Origin: Acidobacteriota bacterium | GTDB lineage: Bacteria; Acidobacteriota; Thermoanaerobaculia; Multivoradales; JAHEKO01 | Assembly (NCBI GenBank): GCA_029861655.1 | Contig: JAOTZA010000001.1 | Span: forward strand, 1 to 35,514 | Length of the DNA stretch: 35,514 bases | Reading direction: 5' to 3' | Shown: positions 1 to 7,391 of the stretch, one piece after another | Position numbering within the stretch: position 1 is the stretch's first letter | Layout: every line of letters starts with the position of its first letter | The notes under the pieces: model-generated | Told to the model about the DNA's origin: nothing | The model's database searches: none | Seen by the model: the letters and a program-made list of their open reading frames with translations, nothing else | Made by a program: the position numbers and the translations under genes

Positions 1-1170
1 CGGGGCTGGGCCATCCGGGCGACCGGCCCGAGATCGTCCTTGTTCTTTTCCGGAACCGGCGCTCCAACGACCCGCGGACCGTGGCCCGAGCCCGATGGAT
101 TCCCGATATCGTTGCCGTCACCCTCGCCTCCGTCTGTCTGGAAGCCGCCACCCGGTCTGGAGACGCCGCTTGTCGTCGAGAGCGAGGCGATGGAGCTCTT
201 GGACGTTTGTGCTCGAGAGCTCGACAAAGAGCTCCCCGGTTGCCGTGTCGTACGAGCCGTGCTCGAAGATGGGGCGAGCAATGTCGAGATCGCCAACTCC
301 CGCGGTGTGGAAGCGAGTTACCGTGGCAGGGTCGCGACCCTCTTTCTGTCGGTGGTGGATTCGGAGCCGGCACGAAGGCCGCTCTCGGAGCTCTTTTGCG
401 CACGCGAGCCGCGGAGGTTTCACCCGCGGGCGCTGGTCCGCCGTCTTGTGGATCGGTTGATCTTGGAGCGAGAAGGACGTCGCATAGAGAGGGACCGAGG
501 GGAAGTTCTGCTGGCTCCAGTGGTGGGAGCTCGGATCCTGGCGGGCCTACGGCCGCTCCTGATGGGAGCCGACTCCTCGGCCCTGGTCCGTGTCTTGACG
601 GATCGCAGCGGCCGGCTGGCCGCCCCCGGTGTGACGGTCATCGATGACGCGGGTTTGAGCGCGGGTTTGTTCAGCGCGCCCGCGGATGGCGAGGGTGTGC
701 CGACAAGGAGGCTCGTGCTCGTCGAGGAAGGGATCTACCGGAGACCGTTGCGGGCCTGGTTCGAGGAGGAGTCGGATAGCGCACCGGCGCGCCCGACCGG
801 CTGTTTGCGACGGCCCGGCTGGCGGGACCTACCGCGGCTCGGCCCCTCTCATCTCTTCTTCGAGCCGGAGCCGTCGAAACGCGCCGCCTCTCTTCTCGGG
901 GATCTCACCCGGGGGTACTACCTGACCGACGTCCTCGAACCGGGTCGATTCGATATCGAAGGAAACCGTTTTCGGTTGCCGGTCTGCGGATTCGAGGTGC
1001 GATCGGCCAAACCGGTCACCCGCGTTTCGCGGGCCGTCTTGTCGGGTCGCTTGAGTGCGGTGCTCCAGGGAGTCCGGGGAGTCGGCCGCGATCTGACTTT
1101 CTTTTCGCTGGGTTCGATGATCGGTTCGCCGAGTCTTTTGGTCTCGGGAATCGAGCTCGACGACGCTTGA
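1..1170 (+). CDS. PmbA/TldD-family metalloprotease-like protein (5' end probably outside window)
   Basis: The frame of the listed ORF 40..1170 stays open back to base 1. The C-terminal region (GYYLTDVLEPGRFDIEGNRFRLPVCGFEV...SGRLSAVLQGV...IGSPSLLVSGIEL) has the typical PmbA/TldD C-terminal pattern. About 389 codons are in the window, against roughly 440-480 aa for the family. Confidence 0.7.
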   Translation, partial: RGWAIRATGPRSSLFFSGTGAPTTRGPWPEPDGFPISLPSPSPPSVWKPPPGLETPLVVESEAMELLDVCARELDKELPGCRVVRAVLEDGASNVEIANSRGVEASYRGRVATLFLSVVDSEPARRPLSELFCAREPRRFHPRALVRRLVDRLILEREGRRIERDRGEVLLAPVVGARILAGLRPLLMGADSSALVRVLTDRSGRLAAPGVTVIDDAGLSAGLFSAPADGEGVPTRRLVLVEEGIYRRPLRAWFEEESDSAPARPTGCLRRPGWRDLPRLGPSHLFFEPEPSKRAASLLGDLTRGYYLTDVLEPGRFDIEGNRFRLPVCGFEVRSAKPVTRVSRAVLSGRLSAVLQGVRGVGRDLTFFSLGSMIGSPSLLVSGIELDDA

Positions 1171-1175
1171 TCGCC

Positions 1176-1470
1176 GAGATCGCCCGCCATCTCGGGCCGG
1201 TACTCGCCCCTCGTTCCTCGACATACTGGAAGTATGCCTCCGTCGCTCGGCGCTGCGCCCGGCCCGATCTAGCAGACGCTTTCGACGATCGACTCGGAAC
1301 CCAGCCAAGAGCGCCCGCCATCTCGGACCGGTACTCGCCCCTCGTTCCTCGACATACTAGAAGTATGCCTCCGTCGCTCGTCGCTGTGCCCGGTCCGATC
1401 TAGTAGGCGCTTTCGACGATCAACTCGGAATCCAGCCGAGATCGCCCGTCACTTCGGACCGCTGCTCGCC
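1176..1470. repeat. Intergenic tandem repeat, about 2.25 copies of a ~130-bp unit (1176-1308, 1309-1437, partial 1438-~1470)
   Basis: Direct reading gives copies 1 and 2 about 92% identical (9 substitutions and two 2-nt indels). Each copy has a 9-bp outer stem (TCGGGCCGG 1192-1200 / CCGGCCCGA 1259-1267; TCGGACCGG 1323-1331 / CCGGTCCGA 1390-1398). Each also has an inner palindrome CATACT-N3-AGTATG. The repeat lies between the convergent stops at 1170 and 1472, and no consistent reading frame runs across the copies. Confidence 0.85.
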
Positions 1471-1471
1471 G

Positions 1472-2212
1472 CTAGCCGTCGTCGGCGTCTGCGCGCTGTT
1501 TCTTGCTCTCTCTCTTTTCTCTGCGGGCGTCTCGTCGCATTTGCGCGGCGGTCTTTTGGGTCTCTTCGGTCGAGGCTTCGGTCCCAATCATGGCCTGGAC
1601 AACTCTTGCCCGGTTCGCGTAGATCCGCGGCGCCAACTCGGCAGCCGGCAAGTCGGAATAGGCCTTGAGTACGGCCTGGGGCGCGAGGTCGTTGTCGAGG
1701 ATATGGGGGTTGAACGCGGGGTCTGTCAGCCGCGGCTCGAGCCGAACTGCGTTTGCGTAGTGCTTGACCGCCGAGTTGCGGTTGCCCGTGTCCGCGTAGG
1801 CGACACCCAGGTGGTAGTGAGACCAGGCATGATCCGGGCTCGTCTTGAGCACCTGCTTGAGCGTGCGCTTCGACTTGTTGGTTTGCCCGGTCTCCTGTTG
1901 CAGCAGGGCCAGGTTATACCGTGCCGACACTGCGTCCGGCTCGAGCTCCAGGCTCCGCCGGTAGGCTTCTTCGGCTTCTTCCGGCAGGCCGGCGAGCACC
2001 AGCAGATTGGCGAGGTCGTTCCACAAGCCGGGTCGATGCGGTCGCTGTTCCACCAGCTCGCGTTGCGCGACCAGAGCTCTCTGGACATCTGCTGGAATCG
2101 CAGCGCCACTCGGCGACGGCAGGAGGGCCAGTAAAAGACAACCGGCCAGCGCTGTCGGCAGCACACGGGGCAGTGTCTTTGCGGTACCTGGTTTTTTGGC
2201 GGTGGTGATCAT
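1472..2212 (-). CDS. Secreted TPR-repeat protein
   Basis: The start is placed at ATG 2212 (MITTAKKPGTAKTLPRVLPTALAGCLLLALLPSPSGAA, signal-peptide-like), which forms an ATGA overlap with the stop of the upstream gene at 2209. It has TPR-like repeats (AEEAYRRSLELEPD..., WSHYHLGVAYADTGNRNSAVKHYANAVRLEP) and a highly charged K/R/E/D tail. Confidence 0.75.
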   Translation of the reverse strand: MITTAKKPGTAKTLPRVLPTALAGCLLLALLPSPSGAAIPADVQRALVAQRELVEQRPHRPGLWNDLANLLVLAGLPEEAEEAYRRSLELEPDAVSARYNLALLQQETGQTNKSKRTLKQVLKTSPDHAWSHYHLGVAYADTGNRNSAVKHYANAVRLEPRLTDPAFNPHILDNDLAPQAVLKAYSDLPAAELAPRIYANRARVVQAMIGTEASTEETQKTAAQMRRDARREKRESKKQRADADDG

Positions 2213-2772
2213 GGAAGCTCCTGGTCGACTCCCGCGGTATTTAGCGGTTTGGCCTTCAGGGTCGGCTTTCCGTTTGCCGAAGAGACCCGAAAGCGAACCT
2301 TTTCGCACCCGGTTCGTTTGCGCAAGGCGTTGATCTGCTGACGCAGATAATTATGAAAACTGTCGAAGTCTGTCTTGGCTTGTCGGCCGGCCGTGTTGTA
2401 GAGCTCGTTGTAGAGCGAAGTTACCGACGAAAGATCGGGGCTCGAGCCAACCACGAGGCCACCGGCTGGAAAGGTCGGCCGCTTTTCCGTTCTTGCGCTC
2501 GGCACCGTACCGACCGTCTCCATATCGCGGAGCTTGCGGTTGAAGAGCTCGCTGAGCGTGTTGAACCGCGCTTCGAGAGTGTTGAGATGGAAGCGGTCGG
2601 CAAATGTGGGCAGTCGGTGCGATCGGGCCTCTCGGATCAGTCGCTTGACCCGCTTGCGCTGCTCTTCGGGAGGCAATGGGAGCGCGCCGTTGAAGAACCG
2701 GTCGAAATCGATCTTCAGACGGCTGATTCCGCCTTCCAGTGCGTCCAGTATTCCGTTCCGATTCTCGACCAA
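2209..2772 (-). CDS. Hypothetical protein (helical, conserved-looking; function unknown)
   Basis: 187-aa ORF with a TTG start at 2772, translationally coupled (ATGA) to the TPR gene. I recognise no catalytic motif. It faintly resembles myxobacterial/acidobacterial conserved hypotheticals. Confidence 0.55.
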   Translation of the reverse strand: MVENRNGILDALEGGISRLKIDFDRFFNGALPLPPEEQRKRVKRLIREARSHRLPTFADRFHLNTLEARFNTLSELFNRKLRDMETVGTVPSARTEKRPTFPAGGLVVGSSPDLSSVTSLYNELYNTAGRQAKTDFDSFHNYLRQQINALRKRTGCEKVRFRVSSANGKPTLKAKPLNTAGVDQELP

Positions 2773-2799
2773 GCGATGATCCCCTAGAATGGACCCTCA

Positions 2800-4179
2800 A
2801 TGGTCCAAGAGGTCTCTCACAATCCGTTGCGGGAACTGCCCTCGGTCGATCTTCTCCTTGGTCGACCAGCATTTAGCACAACTCTTCTATTATACGGCAG
2901 AGACCTGGTGCGCGTCCAAATCAGATCGGAATTGGATCGGCTGCGAGCCGAGATCCGGTCCTCCAAGACCGCCATCGACTCGCTGGAGCTCGAGCATCGG
3001 GTCGACGGGCTCGCGGACCGTGTTCGCATTGGCCTGGAGGAGGCTTTTGGCGCCCCGATCCGACGCGTTTTGAACGCGACGGGGGTCTTCCTCCACACCA
3101 ATCTGGGCCGGGCGCCGCTGCCGCCGGCGGTGGCCTCGGTGCTCCCCGGCCTGCTCGACGCATCCTGCGATCTCGAGTTCGATCTGGAGAGCGGCGAGCG
3201 CGGCGACCGCAACGACAGCGTCGCGGCGCTGCTTGCCGCCTTGACCGGCGCGGAAGCAGCGGTTGTTGTCAACAACAACGCGGCGGCTCTGGTGTTGATC
3301 CTGGCCAGTTGCGCTCGCGGGCGCGAGGTGGTGGTGTCGCGTGGTGAGCTGGTCGAGATCGGCGGCTCCTTCCGTATCCCGGACATCCTGGAGGCCGCTG
3401 GGGTCGGTCTTGTCGAAGTGGGTACGACCAATAGAACTAGGCTATCCGACTACGAGCAAGCGATAGGCCGTGACACGGGTCTGCTGCTCAAGGTCCACAC
3501 CAGCAACTATCGCCAGGTAGGCTTTGTCGAGTCGGTTTCGTCCGCCGATCTTGCCGAGCTTGGAAAACGCCTTGGCTTGGCGGTCGTCGTCGACGAGGGC
3601 GCCGGTCTTCTGAGACCCCATCCGGCGCCACAACTCGCCGATCACACGAGTCTTTCCGAGGTGATCGCCGCAGGTTGCGATCTAGCTTGTGGGAGCGGCG
3701 ACAAAGTGCTTGGTGGGCCGCAGGCAGGGCTGATCGTCGGCAGTGCCGATCTCGTCGAGCGCTGCCGCCGCTACGCTCTCTACCGCGCCGTCCGGCCCGA
3801 TCGGACGACTCTGGTGACGCTCGAATCCGTACTGAGATTGCACCTCGCGGGGACCGCGCTGCCGCTCGATCGGCTGTGGCCCGATGCCGCCGAACATCGC
3901 CACCGGCTCGAGTGGGTCGGGTCGAAGCTCGGAGCAGAAATCGTGGAAGCCGAGGCGTTTGTCGGTGGCGGCGCCGCGCCGGCTCAGGCGATTCCGGGTC
4001 AAGCACTCGCTCTCCCGGAGAGCCCCGCTCTTCTCGAGGGGATGCGCAGGACCGAGCCGCCGGTGGTGGGCTATATCCGGCACGGACGGTTGGTGCTCGA
4101 TCTAAGAACCGTGGACCCGGCAGACGACGAGACCCTGGTGGGCTCGGTGCTCGAGGCACAGGCGGCCCTGGAACCGTGA
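2800..4179 (+). CDS. selA: L-seryl-tRNA(Sec) selenium transferase
   Basis: 459 aa. It has the N-terminal LRELPSVDLLL motif, the core NNNAAALVLIL...VVSRGELVEIGGSFRIPDILEAAG..VEVGTTNRT, and the PLP-lysine motif GSGDKVLGGPQAG. Confidence 0.85.
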   Translation: MVQEVSHNPLRELPSVDLLLGRPAFSTTLLLYGRDLVRVQIRSELDRLRAEIRSSKTAIDSLELEHRVDGLADRVRIGLEEAFGAPIRRVLNATGVFLHTNLGRAPLPPAVASVLPGLLDASCDLEFDLESGERGDRNDSVAALLAALTGAEAAVVVNNNAAALVLILASCARGREVVVSRGELVEIGGSFRIPDILEAAGVGLVEVGTTNRTRLSDYEQAIGRDTGLLLKVHTSNYRQVGFVESVSSADLAELGKRLGLAVVVDEGAGLLRPHPAPQLADHTSLSEVIAAGCDLACGSGDKVLGGPQAGLIVGSADLVERCRRYALYRAVRPDRTTLVTLESVLRLHLAGTALPLDRLWPDAAEHRHRLEWVGSKLGAEIVEAEAFVGGGAAPAQAIPGQALALPESPALLEGMRRTEPPVVGYIRHGRLVLDLRTVDPADDETLVGSVLEAQAALEP

Positions 4180-5495
4180 GTCGGAAGATCCTGCTCGTCG
4201 AGGACCGTGATTCGCTTCGCCGGATGCTAGCCACGGCACTTGGCCAGGAAGGGTACGACGTGGTCGCCGTCGCAGACGGCGAGAGCGGTATCGGAGAAAT
4301 CAAAGCGGTTGACTTCGACCTCGTCCTGACCGATCTCAAACTGCCCGGCGTCTCCGGGTTGGAGGTCGTCGCGGCGAGCCGTGAGGCGCAGCCGCGGATT
4401 CCGGTGATCGTCCTGACGGCTCACGGGACGGTCCAGACCGCGGTGGATGCCATGAAGAGCGGCGCCACGGACTTTCTGGAGAAGCCGGTCGAGATAGAAG
4501 AGCTCTTTTCCATCGTGGCGGGGCATCTGAGAGGCTCTGATGGACTCTCCGAGGGCGACTCGGTAGCCCTGGAGATTCCGGATGGCCCGACCATCGTCGG
4601 CCGTCACCCGCTGATGCGAGCGGCCCTCAAACTCCTGGAGCGTGTGGCGGCCACCGAGAGCACGGTGCTCTTGACCGGTGAGAGTGGTACCGGGAAGGAA
4701 CTTTTCTCGCAAGCGGTGCACGCTCTTTCGCCGCGCTCGGCGGGGCCGTTTGTGGCCGTCAACTGCGCTGCGATCCCCGAGGCGTTGCTCGAGAACGAGC
4801 TTTTCGGACATGAGAAGGGGGCTTTCACAGGTGCGCACCGTCGACAGGCGGGCCGTTTTGAGCAGGCACGCCGCGGAACCTTGTTTCTCGACGAGGTGGG
4901 TGAACTGGGTCCGGCCGTTCAGAGCAAAGTGCTGCGTGTCCTGGAGGAGCGCACGTTCGAACGCGTGGGCGGTGGAGACACCATCAAAGCGGATGTCCGT
5001 TTGGTGGCCGCCACCAATCGGCCCCTCAAACAGATGGTCGATGCGGGGGACTTCCGTTCCGACCTCTACTTCCGGCTCGAGGTCTTTCCCATTGAGCTGC
5101 CGCCGCTACGCGAGCGTCCGAGCGACGTCGCGTTGGTGGCGCGCCATTTACTTGACCGAATCTCGAGCCGCCACGGCCGCGCCGCTCTGCGACTGACCGC
5201 TGGGGCCACGCGTCTTCTTGAACAACAGCCATGGCCCGGAAACGTTCGCCAGCTCTCGAACGTGCTCGAGCGTGCCGTGATCTTGGCCGATGGCGAAACG
5301 CTCGGTTCGGCGGGGCTCAAGCCTCTGCTGAACGTTGGCCCCAACCGAGAAGAAAAGGATGGCCTGAAGAAAACCCTCGAGAAGACGGACGGGGACAAGC
5401 GAGCGGCCGCAGAGCTGCTCGGTATTAGCTACCGGACCCTGCAAAGGAGAGTCAAAGAGCACCAACTCGAGGGCTATCCCAGGTACCGATCGTGA
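4176..5495 (+). CDS. Sigma-54-dependent response regulator (NtrC/PilR-type enhancer-binding protein)
   Basis: The start is placed at GTG 4176, overlapping the selA stop (GTGA). The longer listed ORF from 3675 is a selA shadow. It has a receiver domain (ILLVEDRD...DLVLTDLKLPG), an AAA+ domain with GESGTGKE and ELFGHEKGAFTGA, and a C-terminal Fis-type HTH (AAELLGISYRTLQRRVKE). Confidence 0.9.
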   Translation: MSRKILLVEDRDSLRRMLATALGQEGYDVVAVADGESGIGEIKAVDFDLVLTDLKLPGVSGLEVVAASREAQPRIPVIVLTAHGTVQTAVDAMKSGATDFLEKPVEIEELFSIVAGHLRGSDGLSEGDSVALEIPDGPTIVGRHPLMRAALKLLERVAATESTVLLTGESGTGKELFSQAVHALSPRSAGPFVAVNCAAIPEALLENELFGHEKGAFTGAHRRQAGRFEQARRGTLFLDEVGELGPAVQSKVLRVLEERTFERVGGGDTIKADVRLVAATNRPLKQMVDAGDFRSDLYFRLEVFPIELPPLRERPSDVALVARHLLDRISSRHGRAALRLTAGATRLLEQQPWPGNVRQLSNVLERAVILADGETLGSAGLKPLLNVGPNREEKDGLKKTLEKTDGDKRAAAELLGISYRTLQRRVKEHQLEGYPRYRS

Positions 5496-5531
5496 GCGTC
5501 CGGCCGTTGATGCCCGAACACCTGCAGGTCG

Positions 5532-7385
5532 ATGAAAGCTAACGATGAAGGTTCGATCTGGTCGGGTACCTTGGCCGCCGGCCTCGGTTTGCCCGCGATC
5601 CTGACGCTCGCGGGGTATGTGCGTGGGTGTGCCGAGGTTCTCGCACAAGGATACCTGGCTCAAGGAGTTCCGTTTCTGGCGGCCAAGGCTCTGGTCAAGC
5701 CGGCGCTCGAGCTGGCGCCCGCGGGTATCGCACTGGGAGTGGCGCTGGCAACGATTTTTCTAGCCAGCGCATGGCTTTACCGCAAGACGCCTCGATTGCC
5801 GGTGTCGATACGTGCTCTTTGCTGGATCGGCATGACGGGTGCCTTGTGGAGCCTGCTACGAGGGTTGAGGCTTCCTGGAGTCGACGGTCCCGGTTGGCGA
5901 CAGGCACTCGCTCTTGCTGTAGCCGCGGCCACCGTGTGGTTTGTGATGCGTTTTGGCGCCAAGGGCTCGGGGGGAGCAAGCAGAGCACGGGCGGTGGCCT
6001 GGTTCTCGAAGGCCGCCAGCCTGGTGATGGTTCTCGCGCTGCTGCTTTGGGCTGCGACCTACCTGGCACAACGGGTTCGCAGGCCTCCGGGGCCGAACAT
6101 CATTGTCATTGCAATCGACACCTTGCGCTACGACCATCTCGGATTCGCCGGCTACGAGCGGCCGACGTCGCCCGCGCTCGATTCTCTGGCGCGCGAGAGC
6201 GTTCGCTTCGAACGGAGCTACAGTGCGGCGCCCTGGACCTCGCCGTCGATAGCCACGCTTTTGACCTCGCGGTACCCGGGTGAGCTGGGTTACAGCGACA
6301 GTGCGACGCCGGCGCGGCTCGGTGCGAGCGAATTGTTGTTACCCGAGATCTTGAGCGATCGCGGGTATGCTACGGACGCCATCGTCTCCCACACTTATGT
6401 TGCCGAGCCGGCGGGTTTTGATCAGGGATTCGACACCTTCGACTCCGAAAACGCGCTGGGTCATCATTATGTTTCGTCGCCCTCGCTTTTGTCCAAGGCG
6501 CTGGCCAAGTTGGACCAGCGAGCCGGCCGGCCCTTCTTTCTCTTCCTCCATCTCTTCGATCCGCACTTTGCCTATGTTCAGCACGACGGTCTCGACTTTG
6601 ATCCTCGTTATATGGGTCCGATCGTGAGCGATCTTGACTACTCCCGGCTCCTGGCGATGGTACCCGAGATGACGGGAGACGACATCCAACACGTCCGGGC
6701 ACTCTACGACTCAGAGATCGCGTTCACCGATCGGAACCTCGGGCTCCTCTTCGATGGCCTCGAGGAGCGAAACCTTGCCGATCGCACCATCGTCGCCCTG
6801 ACCGCAGACCACGGCGAAGCGTTTCTGGACCGCGAGGATGGCTGGATCGGCCACGGCATCACCCTCTTTGACGAACTGATTCGCGTACCTCTTCTGTTCC
6901 GCCCGCCGGGTGGGGTGCCGGATGGTGGCCGTTCCGTCACGGATCTAGTCGGTTTGGTGGATGTGGCACCGACACTACTGGCGGCGGCGGAGATAGAGCC
7001 GCCTGCGGGGTGGGCACCCGAAGGCCGGGCGCTGCTCGCATACGAAACCGGAGCCGAACCTGCCACTCCCGCTGGTCTTGCCGGGCGCGCACTCTTCGCG
7101 GAGACCATGGCCCGCGGGCGCTGGCTCCAAGCGGTGCTGTGGCAGCAGTGGAAGCTGGTCTTCGATCGCCGAGAGGAGTCCGTGAAGCTCTTCGATCTGA
7201 TCGCCGATCCGGGTGAGACGAGGGATCTTGCCGTCGAGCAGCCCGAGACCCGCGACCGCCTGACTCTCGTTCTCGAGCAGTGGGACCGGCGGCAGCAAGA
7301 GGCCAAGAGCGGGCGGCCGATCGAGGAAGCAGCCTTTACGGGTCAGGAACTCGAGCGACTCGAAGCGCTCGGCTACATCGAGTAG
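5532..7385 (+). CDS. Membrane-anchored alkaline-phosphatase-superfamily ('sulfatase-like') transferase/hydrolase, Thr nucleophile
   Basis: About 190 aa of N-terminal hydrophobic segments (roughly 4-5 TM) precede NIIVIAIDTLRYDHLG...SAAPWTSPSIATLLTS...LTADHGEAF..GHG. The CxPxR formylglycine motif is replaced by T-S-P-S-I. The protein ends in LEALGYIE. Confidence 0.8.
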   Translation: MKANDEGSIWSGTLAAGLGLPAILTLAGYVRGCAEVLAQGYLAQGVPFLAAKALVKPALELAPAGIALGVALATIFLASAWLYRKTPRLPVSIRALCWIGMTGALWSLLRGLRLPGVDGPGWRQALALAVAAATVWFVMRFGAKGSGGASRARAVAWFSKAASLVMVLALLLWAATYLAQRVRRPPGPNIIVIAIDTLRYDHLGFAGYERPTSPALDSLARESVRFERSYSAAPWTSPSIATLLTSRYPGELGYSDSATPARLGASELLLPEILSDRGYATDAIVSHTYVAEPAGFDQGFDTFDSENALGHHYVSSPSLLSKALAKLDQRAGRPFFLFLHLFDPHFAYVQHDGLDFDPRYMGPIVSDLDYSRLLAMVPEMTGDDIQHVRALYDSEIAFTDRNLGLLFDGLEERNLADRTIVALTADHGEAFLDREDGWIGHGITLFDELIRVPLLFRPPGGVPDGGRSVTDLVGLVDVAPTLLAAAEIEPPAGWAPEGRALLAYETGAEPATPAGLAGRALFAETMARGRWLQAVLWQQWKLVFDRREESVKLFDLIADPGETRDLAVEQPETRDRLTLVLEQWDRRQQEAKSGRPIEEAAFTGQELERLEALGYIE

Positions 7386-7391
7386 AAGATT

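Noticed and set aside
1176-1470. Whether the tandem repeat could be a CRISPR array or a coding repeat.
   Set aside because: There are only about 2.25 directly abutting copies of a ~130-bp unit, with no unique spacers. The indels between copies break every reading frame. I kept it as a structured non-coding repeat instead.
2773-2799. A search for tRNA-Sec, SECIS-like hairpins or in-frame TGA selenoprotein genes near selA and elsewhere in the window.
   Set aside because: No intergenic region is long enough for a tRNA apart from 1171-1471, and that region does not fold as a cloverleaf by eye. All recognised genes are uninterrupted, so I make no selenoprotein call.
3675-4175. 5' extension of the response-regulator ORF (the track lists 3675..5495, 606 aa).
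   Set aside because: The extension lies entirely inside selA in another frame. It is Arg/Ala/Gly/Ser-rich, which is typical of high-GC off-frame translation. The receiver domain begins right at the GTG at 4176, which overlaps the selA stop.
3488-4339. Many other 60-290-aa alternative-frame ORFs throughout the window, for example 3488..4339 -, 16481..17371 +, 20472..21209 -, 20867..21529 - and 32444..33313 -.
   Set aside because: They are embedded in or antisense to genes with clear family motifs. High GC suppresses stop codons in non-coding frames, and the compositions are Arg/Pro/Gly/Ser-biased.
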